Assembly (NCBI GenBank): GCA_965240325.2
Contig: OZ251242.1
Span: 806,001-870,000 of the forward strand
Reading direction: 5' to 3'
Length of the DNA stretch: 64,000 bases
DNA from: Rebecca billardiae RCC1528
Taxonomy: Eukaryota; Protista; Haptophyta
Shown: piece after piece, positions 32,011-42,983 of the stretch
How the letters are laid out: each line of letters opens with the position of its first letter
How positions within the stretch are numbered: the stretch's first letter is position 1
Translations under genes and position numbers: made by a program
Notes under the pieces: generated by a model
What the model saw: the letters and a program-made list of their open reading frames with translations, nothing else
The model's database searches: none
What the model was told of the DNA's origin: nothing

Positions 32011-32937
32011 ATGGCGGGCGAGGACGAGGGCTTCGCGGCGACGCTCGAGCGGACGAGGAGGCCGCCCTCCGACGCCGAGCGGGACGCGGTGGCGAAGCTG
32101 CGCGAGATCGTTCCTCCCCCAGCCGACGAGCCCCTCTCCGATGCCGACTACCTCCGCTTCCTGCGCGCGCGCGGCGGCGACCTTCCCAAGGCGCGCGAGT
32201 TTCTGGAGCAGCACCTGGCGTGGCGGCTCGAGCATCAACCGGCGCGCATCGGCGTCGAGAGCGTGCACAAGGTGCTCGTGAGTGGCGTGTGCCGCCTCAC
32301 GGGCGTCACGCGCGAGCGCACGGCCATCCTCTGGTTCCGCGTCGACCTGTGGGAGCCTTCGGGCATCAGCATGGAGCAATGGCTGCAGTTCATCATCTTT
32401 GTGATCGAGCGGACGCTGAGCGCCGCCGAGCGCTTCGTCGCGATGTTCGACATGGACGGGTGGAGGCTCTCGCACGCCATGCACCTTGGCAAGATCCACG
32501 GCATGATCCAGACGCTGCAGAACCACTACCCAGAGCGGCTCGAGGCGTCGCTCCTGCTGCGCGCGCCCGCAATCTTCGACGCCGCGTGGTCGCTGATCAA
32601 GCCGGTCATCGACCCAGTGACGGCTGCCAAGGTGTTCTTCGTGCGCCGCGCGGATGAGGCACGGCGCCTCCCGACCTTCGTCTCGCCCGAGGTGCTCCCG
32701 GATTCCTTCGGTGGCGGACGCCAGCCCGCCGCGCAGCTGCCCATGCCCAACCTGCCAGGTGTCACCAACCTCCAACCTGGCCAGGCGGGCGGCGGCGCGG
32801 CCGCGGCATCGCACGCGCCGCACGGCGCGGGCAGCGGCGACGACGCTGCGGTGGGCGCTGATGGGGCAGGGGTCGCGCTGGGTGTGGACACGGTGGTTGC
32901 CAACGCCGCGCCCGCGCCTGCTGTATCTGCGGGATGA
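32011..32937 (+). CDS. CRAL-TRIO/Sec14 lipid-binding protein
   Basis: DYLRFLRAR, LQNHYPERL, WSLIKPVIDPVTAAKVFF, LPDSFGG. Confidence 0.9.
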   Translation: MAGEDEGFAATLERTRRPPSDAERDAVAKLREIVPPPADEPLSDADYLRFLRARGGDLPKAREFLEQHLAWRLEHQPARIGVESVHKVLVSGVCRLTGVTRERTAILWFRVDLWEPSGISMEQWLQFIIFVIERTLSAAERFVAMFDMDGWRLSHAMHLGKIHGMIQTLQNHYPERLEASLLLRAPAIFDAAWSLIKPVIDPVTAAKVFFVRRADEARRLPTFVSPEVLPDSFGGGRQPAAQLPMPNLPGVTNLQPGQAGGGAAAASHAPHGAGSGDDAAVGADGAGVALGVDTVVANAAPAPAVSAG

Positions 32938-33535
32938 GCAGTGCTTCCTCGGCCTCGTTCATACTTCATCTTTTCAGACGAAGTCGAATGGCGTCGTATT
33001 GTTTAAGCTGCGCGCAGCGCAGTTATTCATCACGAACACGGACGAACGGCACCTGCTCGCGCCACTCACGGGTGATCGATGACGGGCGGGTCGGGCGGGC
33101 CGGATGAGGCCACTAGTCACTACTCTGCGCACTGCATGAAGTGTCGTCTGATAATATATATATATATATCGCGATTATTATAAATTATCGTCGACGCGAC
33201 GAATTTATCGATATCGGCCCGACCGCCCGACGAATCCGACGATGTGATTGTGAGTATGTCACCGATGGCGCCCCCAGATATATTAGTAATTAAGTAATTT
33301 AAAATCATATATATATATATATATATTTAACGACGTGGCAGCATCGGACAAGCGTCAGGCTCAGAGTGCAACAGACACATGGAATGCGTCCGCGCCATCC
33401 GTCCAGGTCAGACAGTGCGCCACCCGCAGCCCTGCCCCCCTACGGGAGCGGGGCCGGGATGGAGCACCGCCTCGGCCTGGGGCACGCGGCGGCGACGGCA
33501 GATGCCGCCGCGGCCGAGCGCCTTCCGGAGCACTT

Positions 33536-33790
33536 GGATGAGGGTGAGGTCGTAGTCGATGTCGCCGCCCGCCGACCTAGCGGCGAGCAGCTCCGGCAAG
33601 CGGCAGCCGCGGCTGTCGCCCCCGTGCGCCCGCGTGGGCGCCTGGATGAGGATGAGGTCGTAGTACGCGTCGCCGCGCGCCGGCCAAGCGGCGCGCAGCT
33701 GCAGAAGAGGGGCTTGGAGAGTGAGCGCGCCGCCTAGCGCGCTCTGGGCGATGAAGCAGATGAGGTGGTAGTCGATGTCGCAGCCCAGCC
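33536..33790. repeat. Degenerate ~108-bp repeat (about 2.5 copies)
   Basis: GATGAGG.TGAGGTCGTAGT motif at 33536, 33644 and, more degenerate, about 33750. Confidence 0.6.
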
Positions 33791-33925
33791 CGCCGGCGGG
33801 CTGCTGCAGATGCAGTCAGCAGTGCTTGATGCTGGGGAACCTGGCCCCTGGGCGCGTCACACCCCGCACCCCCTGCCCCACCTAGGGTGGAGCGAAGGGC
33901 ACGGAGGAGGCCAGCGCCAAGGGCC

Positions 33926-34127
<202 letters not shown>

Positions 34128-34775
34128 CGACGAGCGAGCGAGCACGAGCAAAGAAGCACGCGACGGCGAAGGAGATGGGGCCTCGTTTGCTGATGATGAG
34201 GCAAGGGGCCGACTGGCAGTAACTGATGAGCAGCTTGTGAGCTCGGCGCGAAAGGTCGTAAAGTGCCGATTTGTGTGAGCTCGACTGGTTAGTTGCTTGA
34301 TGAACTGGAAAGCTGCCACTCGGATGACTGCAGATGATCTTGGATATGATCTCGAGCGCCGTACCAGCACGAAGCAACTACCTGCAGGATCAGGTAGACG
34401 ATGGAGGCCCTTGGCCTTGGCTGTCACGACACTGCGACGCATCACCTTCCAGCCTCCCGACACATTCGGTTATAACTGCGTTATAACGCCACATATATAT
34501 ATATATATAATATCGTCTAGTTATTGAGTCACGACTACGGATTAATACGAGTATCGAGTAATAAGATCATGGATCATGGACACGGTCACCGTCGGGCCGG
34601 TGGCCGGTCCCGCCCGTCCGGCGTCCCGCCATCCCGGTGGCCCCCCGGGAGAATGATGATGACGCCGACGAGAAACTGCGTCGTCGCACCACGATCCGCG
34701 CTGATGACGATAGCCCGCTGGCAACGGGATCTCGACGATGATGTCATCGCCGGGTCATCGCGCCATCACGGCTCC

Positions 34776-37118
34776 CTACTCGAGCACGACGGTATCGTGC
34801 GCGCCCTCTGCTCCCGCCGCGCCGCATCCGCCGGCGGCCACCTTGCGCCGCTTGCTCGCAGGCGCCTTCCCCGCGGCGCTGGGCGGCGTCACCGTCTGCG
34901 GGTCCTCGTCCTCGATCAGCTCGATCTCGTCGTCGAGATCGACCGCGCCCGCCGCGGATCCGGCGGCACCGCCGCCCGTCGCGCCGCCGCCCGCGCCGCC
35001 GCCCGCCGCGCCGCCCGCGGCGGGCGCGACGGCCGCCGCCGCCGCGCCGTTGACGACGAATCCGGCCGGGTGCTTCTCCGGGTCGATCGCGCCGTCGTGC
35101 CGGACGATTAGCTGACAAGAGAGGCTCTGTGATTGGTCGTCCACGTCCAGCATCGCGCCGTCTGTGAGGAGGAAGGGCGGCTCCGTGAGCAGCTTCTCGA
35201 GCTTCGCCTCCTCCACCTCGCGCTCGTCGTCGTCGAGATCGCCGCACTCGTACAGCAGGCGCTCGCCTGCGCGGCGCGCGGCGCGGGCGCACGCGTGAGC
35301 GCGGCCACGGAAGGAAGCGCAGCGCGCCGCGCGCCCGCGTGCCGCTCGCGCGCGTCCGTCCCCTCGCATCCCTCGCTCTCCCGCTCGCTCCCACAAGCTC
35401 CCGGCCCTCTCTCTCTCTCTCTCGAGCGCGCGCCGCACGCTCGCGCAACGTGGGCTCGTGGCACCCTCCTTCCCTCCGTCGGTCCCCCGCCCGTCGGCGC
35501 CCAAGTCGCGCGCGCGCGCGCGCGCCGCACCGTCGCGCAGGTTTGGCTCGTGGAAGGAGAGCTTGGCGCGGAGCACGTCGCGGACGAGCAGCCCGGCGGT
35601 GGCGCGGCCGAGGTCGAGCGCGACGGTGACACTCGCCGTGCCGCACACGAAGCACGCCGGGTCGGGCGCGTGCAGCCGCGAGGTGACGAGCAGCCGATCC
35701 TTGCGCTTGCCCGAGAGCGTGCGGCAGAGATAGGCGGAGCCGCAGCCGTTGAGCGGCGGAGCGCCCTCCGTCTGCGCGGCGCGCAGCGCCTTGAGCGCCT
35801 CGACGACGATGTACCCGGCGATGATGGCGTTGGTCGTCGCGATGGCGGGGATGATGTTCCCCGCGATCTCCTTCACCTTGAAGCGCGACTGCAGCGGGAT
35901 GCCGAAGATCGCCGCGCGCAGGTTGGACGCGGCCGTGACGAAGTCGAGGCACGCGTCGTCGTCCTTGTCAAAGGCAGCAAGCTGGCCGACGCGCAGGCCG
36001 CGCACCTCGAACACGGCGACGATCGCGCCGATGAAGGCGGCGGCGGACTCGGCGACGGACCACGCCTGCTGGTCGATGGCGGGCGACTCCGCCGACACCG
36101 CGCTGAGATCCGGCACCAGCTCGCCGAGCGAGAGCGCCGTCGGCCTGCGCCGGTTCTTCCACAGAGAATCCATCGCGAGCAGACGACGCACGTCCGCGGC
36201 GAACACGGCGTCGAAGACGCGCGCGGCGTACTCGCGCGCGGGCTCGGCCGGGCGCATCTCGAGCGGCGGCGGGTGCGGCGGCGCGCCGCCCTCGCCGCCG
36301 GCCCCGCCGCCCTCCGCGCCGCCCTCTGCGCCCTCCCCGTCGGCCGCGGCCGCGGGCGCGCCCGCCTCTGCGGTGTCAACCAGGTCGGTCTGCTCGCCGG
36401 CAAACACTTTCTTGAAGAGCAGCTCCTTGGCCCAGGCGATGCAGTGGACGGGCTTGTCCGGGTGGTTGCGCACCGTGCAGATCGGGTACGTCTTCTTGTT
36501 GTCCGACTTGGGCTGGCACTCGTAGCACTCCGACACGGCCTTCTGCACGACGGTCACCTGACCGAGGTAGCCCTCAGTGCCAGACTCGACGAGCGGCACG
36601 CCCGCGGCGAGGCAGAGGCGGTTGACGTGCCGCCGCGCGTCGAGGTTGTCGAGGGCGTTGAGCACGATCGAGAACCGCGCGAAGTAGTCGATGCCGAACT
36701 CCGCCACCTTCACGTTGCCGTGGTGCGCCGTGATCTCGACGTCGGCGCCGATCGGAAAGGAGAGGACCGTCTCGCGCGCGACCTCGACCTTCGAGCGGTC
36801 AACGTGCTGCTTGCGAAAGAGGAACTGCCGGTTGAGGTTGCTGTAGTCGATCGTGTCCAGGTCGATCTGCGCGTACGGCCGCGGCGGCGCGCGCGCGCGC
36901 GAGCGTGCGCGCGGCGCGCGCGTCGGCGTGCATGCGCGCGGGCAACGGCTGCGCCGCGGCGCGCGCGGTGCGCGCACCGCCTCGATGCGCTTGAAGCCGC
37001 ACATGACGAGGTTCTTGAGCAGCTCGCAGCCGATTCCGCCCGCGCCGACCATCAGCACCCGCGCCTCGCGCACGTCACAGCCCGCCACCCCGCGCGTGTG
37101 CTCCGCTCGGGTGGACAT
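34776..37118 (-). CDS. UBA2: SUMO-activating enzyme subunit 2; introns 36977-36867 and 35530-35267
   Basis: VGAGGIGCELLKNL, IDLDTIDYSNLNRQFLFR, CYEC, YPICTVRNHP (catalytic Cys), FDKDD, AGNIIPAIATTNA. Confidence 0.92.
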   Translation of the reverse strand: MSTRAEHTRGVAGCDVREARVLMVGAGGIGCELLKNLVMCGFKRIEAVRAPRAPRRSRCPRACTPTRAPRARSRARAPPRPYAQIDLDTIDYSNLNRQFLFRKQHVDRSKVEVARETVLSFPIGADVEITAHHGNVKVAEFGIDYFARFSIVLNALDNLDARRHVNRLCLAAGVPLVESGTEGYLGQVTVVQKAVSECYECQPKSDNKKTYPICTVRNHPDKPVHCIAWAKELLFKKVFAGEQTDLVDTAEAGAPAAAADGEGAEGGAEGGGAGGEGGAPPHPPPLEMRPAEPAREYAARVFDAVFAADVRRLLAMDSLWKNRRRPTALSLGELVPDLSAVSAESPAIDQQAWSVAESAAAFIGAIVAVFEVRGLRVGQLAAFDKDDDACLDFVTAASNLRAAIFGIPLQSRFKVKEIAGNIIPAIATTNAIIAGYIVVEALKALRAAQTEGAPPLNGCGSAYLCRTLSGKRKDRLLVTSRLHAPDPACFVCGTASVTVALDLGRATAGLLVRDVLRAKLSFHEPNLRDGAARARARDLGADGRGTDGGKEGATSPRCASVRRALERERERAGSLWERAGERGMRGDGRARAARGRAARCASFRGRAHACARAARRAGERLLYECGDLDDDEREVEEAKLEKLLTEPPFLLTDGAMLDVDDQSQSLSCQLIVRHDGAIDPEKHPAGFVVNGAAAAAVAPAAGGAAGGGAGGGATGGGAAGSAAGAVDLDDEIELIEDEDPQTVTPPSAAGKAPASKRRKVAAGGCGAAGAEGAHDTVVLE

Positions 37119-37658
37119 GGCGCTGGCGGAAAGCCGTGAGCCACCGACTCGCCCGCGCCTTGCGCGCTCCGCCGCCGCGCTGCTCACGAGCGGAGGGCTG
37201 CCAGGGCACCGGACGTGGCCGCCCAGAGAGTCCGGATGCCTACGAGGATTCCCGGACATATGATCATCCGGACATTCTGACGACAATCGAACGGATATCT
37301 CCGGACTGAGATCATACAAAATAAACATAATCAGGAACTCTTCATTACCGAGTAGGTCACCTTCATTATCAGTCCATTAACAATCATCAATGAAAGTGAT
37401 GAGAGCCTTAGCCGCCAACTTTCAATATTGCGCATATGAAACGTCGGTAACGCCGAATGAGCCCGCGCGCGCTAATATGATGACCATATGATTTTTTGCA
37501 CTCCCTTGACGAACAACACTCAAACGTGGCTCCAAAGTACAAGTACTTCACCCAAATCGATCAATCTCGGTCTTCAGTCATTATCGATCTCGGGGCGTCG
37601 AAGAACGACCTGACCGCGCACGCCGGCCTCGCACCCCTCGCGCGGATAGCCGGCGGCA

Positions 37659-40571
37659 ATGCCCGTCCGGCCGCTCACGCACCCGTTCTGGACGCGCCCG
37701 CTCCGCGTCTCCTCGGGCTCGCGCACGCGCCTCTCGCGCGCGAGAGACCCGCAGCAGGACATCTCGTTACTCACGTCGCGCTTCCGCTCGGCCGCGCTCA
37801 ACCGCGAGTGCGAGAGCGCGCGCGCGCGGCGCGGCTCGGCGACGCTCGTCGCGGCCAATGTGCTACTCGCGCTCGCGCTCGGCACGCACCTCATCGGCAC
37901 GCACGCCTCCGTCCCAGGCATTCGCGTGACTGACATGCGGCACGCCGCCCTCGCGCTCGTCGGCGTGTACTGCGCGCTCTGGCTCGCGCGCTTGCTCGCG
38001 CTAGCGGTGCACGTGGGCGGGCGCGCGCCGCGGTGGGCGTTCGAGCTCGCCACGGCGTCCGAGGTGATCGCACGCTGCGTGCTGCGCGCCTCCGTGACCA
38101 TCCCGATGGCGCTCGCCGCCGGGCAGCACGCGGTCGCGACGGCCGCATACGTGGAGCTCGCGTTCGGCGCGGTCGAGGTGGCAGTGCTCGCGCGGTACGA
38201 GCTCGCGCCGGCGGTGTGCGCGACGGTGCTCGGGCTGCTCTGCTGGCTCGCCCTCGCCCCTACGCCCGCGCCGTACCGCGCCGAGCTGGGCGTCGGCCTC
38301 GGCGCGGCCCTCTCGCTGCCCGTGCTGCTCGCGCAGCAGGTCGCCGAGCGGAGCGCGTGGCTCGAGGCGCGAAGACTGGACGCGCTGCGCGCAGAGGTGA
38401 GCCACTTCGGGCTGAACCACCTGTACCACGCGACCTCGACGATCGAGCTCGCGCTCGAGCTCGCCGAGGACGTCGCCAGGGACACTGACGCGCCCGCCGC
38501 CGACGGCCCTGCCGCCGGTCGCCGCCGCGCGGCGTGGCTGACCCCCTCCCTCAGCTCCGTGTCTGAGACGCTCGACGAGGTGACCAAGCTTCTGCGCATG
38601 GTGGTGGACGACGACTCGCTCGCGCCGGAGGCGCGGCACATCGACTTCAACCTCGACGACTTCGCCGCGATCGCGTTCCGAGGCATCGCGCACTCGGTCG
38701 AGCCGAGCGCGGCGGGCGTGCGCGCGTGCTTCGCGTCGTGGGCGGCGCGCGCCATCCTCGCAGACATGATGGCTGCCGCGGCGCAGCTCTCGAGCGCGCC
38801 GCTCCAGGGCAGCGTGCTGCTGGACGATCGGCAGGGCAGGGTCGTGCTCTGCCTCTGGGCGCGCACCGACGGCCTCGACCTCACCCCGCCCTCCGCCCGC
38901 CGCCCGGCCGCCACCGCGGGCAGCTCCCGCAAGCGCACGCTCGGCGGCACGCGCGGCGGGAGCCATAGCAAGCGCGGCAGCCAGAGCCGCTCGCAGCACG
39001 CGGGCGTTCGGCCGTCAGGCAGAAAGGTGGCGGCGGCGGCCGGCGGCACGGCGGGCCCAGCGCCGCGCCCGCCCGCCGAGCTCGCCGCAGGCACCGCGCA
39101 CCGCGCCGCCGCGCCCGACGGCGCCGTGCACCGCGGCCCGCTCGCACGGGCCGCCAAGGGCGCGCGGAGCGCCGGCGGCGCGCTCGACGTGCTTCAAGAC
39201 GCAGAGTGTGAGTGGGCGCTCATTGAGCTCAGCCTGCCCGTGGACTCGGTGCGCGGCTCGTGGTCGCATGCGCCGCTCACGATGCCGCACTGGAACACGG
39301 GCCTGACGCCGGGGCTCGCCGTGCAGGCCTCCGCCGCGTCCTCTGCTGCGGGCTCCTCGAGCTGCAGCGTCGCCGCCTCGGCCTCGCAGCTACTGCGCGC
39401 GGCGCAGGCGAGGCGCGCGGCCGCTGAGCGCGCAGACTCGGGGCGGCGGGCTCGCACGGAGGGCGAGAGCGGCGAGTCAGGCTCCGCCCGCTGTCTCGCG
39501 CTCTTGCGGAGCGCGTCGGCCGACGGCGGCGCCGCGACCGCCGACGGCCACGCGGGGCTCTCGCCGCCCGCGCCGGAGCGGCAGCACTCCGCGGCCTCGC
39601 AGCCGGAGCGGCGGCACTCGTCGGCAGCCCCGCAGACCGACGCTGCGCCGCTCACGCCCGCGGCGGCATGGGCGTCGCCGGCGCGCGTGGGCTTGAGGGC
39701 CGCGCGGCCGGCGGCAGTCGCGGTCACCCCGGCCGCCGACGTGCCGCCGCCGCCGCCACCGCCGCCGCTCTCGGGCCTGGGGCACCCGTCGCTCTCACCG
39801 CCGGCGCCCTCGCGCGGCGCATCTGGGGAGTGCTCGCCCGTGGCCTCCCCCGCGCCGACTGGCGGCGGCACGGCGGCGCACGCTTCCATGCCGCCCAAGC
39901 ACATTGGCGTCGAGCGCTCCCGCTTCCGCCCGCCCGCCACGGCCGCGGAGCGCGCGGTGCGGCTGCTCTTCGTCCTGGACAACCACCTCGACCCGCCGCG
40001 CTGGAGCGGCGCGCTCACCGGCTCCTCGATCGCGCGCACGCTGCGCGAGCGCGGCGTCGACGCGACGGTCGTCCTTCACACGGGCTGCTCGCCCGACGAG
40101 CTCGCCGACCTCGTCGCAGAGGGCTGCGTCGACGCCGTCATTCTCAAGGACAAGGCGGGGCGCGCGCGGATCTGCGAGCTGTGCGCGCAGCACGAGCTGT
40201 GCGTGTTCGTGGACGACATGCCGATGGTGCTCACCTCGCTCGACCTCGCACTGTGCCGGCAGCTGTACAACAAGGCGCGGGCGCCGGGCGCCGCCGCCGG
40301 CGGCTGGCTGGCCACGACCAACGCGCACGTGCGGTACGCCATGATTGCGTGCGAGTCGGAGCTCGACCTCGTGTACGCGGTCGCCGAGCGCCGGCTCGTC
40401 TTCGACGACAACCTTCTCATGTGGCTTCCGACGCCGGCCGTCGGCGCGGCGGTCTCGCCGGGGCCGCCGACGCTCGGGCTCTCGCCCTCGGTGAGCGAGC
40501 ACGTGCGCGTCGGCGCGACGTCGGGGGCGGCGCCGCCACGGCATACAGCCTTGTCACCCGACGCGGTCTGA
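37659..40571 (+). CDS. Membrane protein resembling a degenerate hybrid histidine kinase with C-terminal receiver-like region
   Basis: Several N-terminal hydrophobic segments; H-box-like EVSHFGLNHL; receiver-like motifs FVLDNHL..LTG..VLHTG..VILK and VFVDD. Confidence 0.55.
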   Translation: MPVRPLTHPFWTRPLRVSSGSRTRLSRARDPQQDISLLTSRFRSAALNRECESARARRGSATLVAANVLLALALGTHLIGTHASVPGIRVTDMRHAALALVGVYCALWLARLLALAVHVGGRAPRWAFELATASEVIARCVLRASVTIPMALAAGQHAVATAAYVELAFGAVEVAVLARYELAPAVCATVLGLLCWLALAPTPAPYRAELGVGLGAALSLPVLLAQQVAERSAWLEARRLDALRAEVSHFGLNHLYHATSTIELALELAEDVARDTDAPAADGPAAGRRRAAWLTPSLSSVSETLDEVTKLLRMVVDDDSLAPEARHIDFNLDDFAAIAFRGIAHSVEPSAAGVRACFASWAARAILADMMAAAAQLSSAPLQGSVLLDDRQGRVVLCLWARTDGLDLTPPSARRPAATAGSSRKRTLGGTRGGSHSKRGSQSRSQHAGVRPSGRKVAAAAGGTAGPAPRPPAELAAGTAHRAAAPDGAVHRGPLARAAKGARSAGGALDVLQDAECEWALIELSLPVDSVRGSWSHAPLTMPHWNTGLTPGLAVQASAASSAAGSSSCSVAASASQLLRAAQARRAAAERADSGRRARTEGESGESGSARCLALLRSASADGGAATADGHAGLSPPAPERQHSAASQPERRHSSAAPQTDAAPLTPAAAWASPARVGLRAARPAAVAVTPAADVPPPPPPPPLSGLGHPSLSPPAPSRGASGECSPVASPAPTGGGTAAHASMPPKHIGVERSRFRPPATAAERAVRLLFVLDNHLDPPRWSGALTGSSIARTLRERGVDATVVLHTGCSPDELADLVAEGCVDAVILKDKAGRARICELCAQHELCVFVDDMPMVLTSLDLALCRQLYNKARAPGAAAGGWLATTNAHVRYAMIACESELDLVYAVAERRLVFDDNLLMWLPTPAVGAAVSPGPPTLGLSPSVSEHVRVGATSGAAPPRHTALSPDAV

Positions 40572-41041
40572 CGAGTTACGGCACGCGCGACTGACCGAGC
40601 GCCACTGCGCCGCGAGGAGCCGCACTGCTCTGTCTGCGCCGTGCTCGGCCGGAACGATCGATGATGTATTGCCTAATGGATCGGACCTTGTCTACTGGCC
40701 TCTGCCAGGCTAGCGCTCCATGCACGCGGCGCGGTGCAGAGGCAGTGCGAAATGATCGACCGCCAAATTGCTGACGATGCGTGCTTGATGAAGTTGATGA
40801 TGATGCATGACAATGAGCGCTGTCAAAAGTGAACAATAAATAAAAGTCGTCTCAATCCTGAATGACTTCCAGAGCTAGCTGATGCTCGTCATTGATGCTT
40901 TCGTCAGCCGGGAGCCGGCGGCGCAAAGTCGGCGGCGCTCGCCCAGCGCGGACTCGCCAGTCGCGGGCCAAGCCGGGCAAGCGGCGCCGAAGAGGCGCTC
41001 GTCGTCGTCGTCGATCCGTGAGGTCGACGCCTGCGCGCGCC

Positions 41042-41986
41042 ATGGGTTGCGTCGCCTCGGTGCCGACGAACATTGCGTTCGTGTTCGTGAAGCCGCACGC
41101 CGTGACGGACGCGACGAAGGAGCTCGTCAAATCGACGCTCGAGGAAAAGGGCATCAAGATCCTCGCCGAGGGCGACATCGCCGCGGAGGAGATTGACAAG
41201 AAGAAGCTGATCGACCAGCACTACTACACGATCGCGTCCAAAGCAACCCTTCTCAAGCCCGAGCAGCTCGACGTGCCAGCGGACACGTTCAAGCAGAAGT
41301 TTGGGCTGGAATGGTCCAAGGCGCTCGCGGACAGGCGTGTCTTCAACTCGGCGGACGCATGCGTGGCGCTCAAGCTCGACGCGGCTGGGCTCGGCGCCGC
41401 GTGGGACAAGGCGAAGAGGGCGGACAAGGTGGTCAAATTCGGCGGCGGCTTCTACTGCGCCGAGCTCTCGATCCGCGGCAAGCCGCGCACGTTTGTTCTG
41501 AATGGCTTCTTCATGCAGATGCGCCAGCGATTCGTCGTCCCGGGCGCGTCCATCCACTACTACGTGGTGGAGTGGGATGGCTCGAAGCTGCCGTGGGCAG
41601 AGTTCAGGGGCAGCGTAGTCGGGCCGACAGACCCCGCCGCCGCGCCCGCGGACTCGATCCGCGGGATGATCCGCGCGCGCTGGAAGGCCCTCGGTCTGCC
41701 CGCGGAGCCCAACATGACCGAAAACGGTGTGCATGCGTCCGCGTCGCCCTTCGAGGGCCTCGCCGAGCGGATGAACTGGCTCGGCGTCGCGCCCGAGGCC
41801 GACCCGTTCGGGAGGGCGCTGGTCCACGCGGGCGTGTCGGCAGAGACCATCCGCGCCTGGGTCAACGACCCCGTTGTGACGTACGACGCGCTCGGGCAGA
41901 CGAGAGGGTCCCTCTTCGAGATCCTCGAGGAGCAGGACGCGCGCACCGTCGTCGACATGTGTGCCGAGATGATCTCGTACCAGTAG
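41042..41986 (+). CDS. Nucleoside-diphosphate-kinase-like protein with MGC N-terminus
   Basis: AFVFVKPHA, GPTDPAAAPADSIRG, ENGVHASAS. Confidence 0.85.
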   Translation: MGCVASVPTNIAFVFVKPHAVTDATKELVKSTLEEKGIKILAEGDIAAEEIDKKKLIDQHYYTIASKATLLKPEQLDVPADTFKQKFGLEWSKALADRRVFNSADACVALKLDAAGLGAAWDKAKRADKVVKFGGGFYCAELSIRGKPRTFVLNGFFMQMRQRFVVPGASIHYYVVEWDGSKLPWAEFRGSVVGPTDPAAAPADSIRGMIRARWKALGLPAEPNMTENGVHASASPFEGLAERMNWLGVAPEADPFGRALVHAGVSAETIRAWVNDPVVTYDALGQTRGSLFEILEEQDARTVVDMCAEMISYQ

Positions 41987-42983
41987 CGCAGCATCAGGCT
42001 CCGTCTGAGCAGTGGCAGGCTTTCAGCGTGCATCTACAGCTAGCAGCCCAGTATTAGTGACGTCGACGCAGTCGACGCCAGGAGCCGGGCCGACGCCGGG
42101 TCCGGTAGGGCCGGGCGCGGACCCGGCGCCGCGCGGCGCGGGCCGCCGCAGGTCGTCGTCCGATGACGACGCGACGCGGATGAATATCGGCCCGACGAGA
42201 TCCCTGGAGACCCTAGACTGTATATATGCATGATGTACAGTTGTATATTATAGTCGTCGTCAATAATAATCCTCAGATGACTGCTACTCATAGTGTAGTG
42301 CTGTCGCGGACGCTGCCGGGATCGGCGCATCATCATAATCAGATAAGCGCAGCCTCACGCGGGCCGCGCCGGGGCGCCATTCGCCACTTAGTCGGGGTCA
42401 AAGGCTATCGATGGCCGGACGAGTGTAAATAATAATAATATGTCCAGCGGCAGCTGCCAGCGGGCGTTGCGTAAATAGTATAATGAGACACCGAGTGACC
42501 AGATGCTCATGTCACTGGCTTGCCGGAGTTGCAGTTGCATCACTTATATTGCAGCATCTGCCGATGATTATATATTAATGCTGTCGTCACGACAGCAGAC
42601 AGCTGCTTGTGTCGCGGATGACGAATTATTTAATAACGATGACGATGAGTCCGGGTGTGGCCACCGGCCGCGCCGTACTCTCGGCCGAGTGCCCGGCAGT
42701 ACTTGCTCGGGCCGTACAGTAGGGCCGTGCATGGGCCGGCCGCCAGTGGGCCAGTGGCCACCGCCGGGACGATAAATACGACAGTGAGCCGCTCACGCCC
42801 TCGGGCGCCTTCCCATCAAGTTGGCGGGGGTAGGTTGAAGTAGGATCGGCATCATCGTGCCGGAGGCCAAAATAATCCGGTTTGTGCTCATCGGCACGAT
42901 CGAGGAGTGCGGCGCAACCGCGGCTGCGCCGCGACAAGGGCGAGGGACGGGATGTGGCTGGTGCGCGGACGCTGCCAGCCATC

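Noticed and set aside
37574-39157. Long antisense and alternate-frame ORFs (also 30212-31969, 35133-37139, 50579-52285, 57563-59350)
   Set aside because: Arg/Ala-rich shadows of real genes, expected from stop-codon scarcity at very high GC
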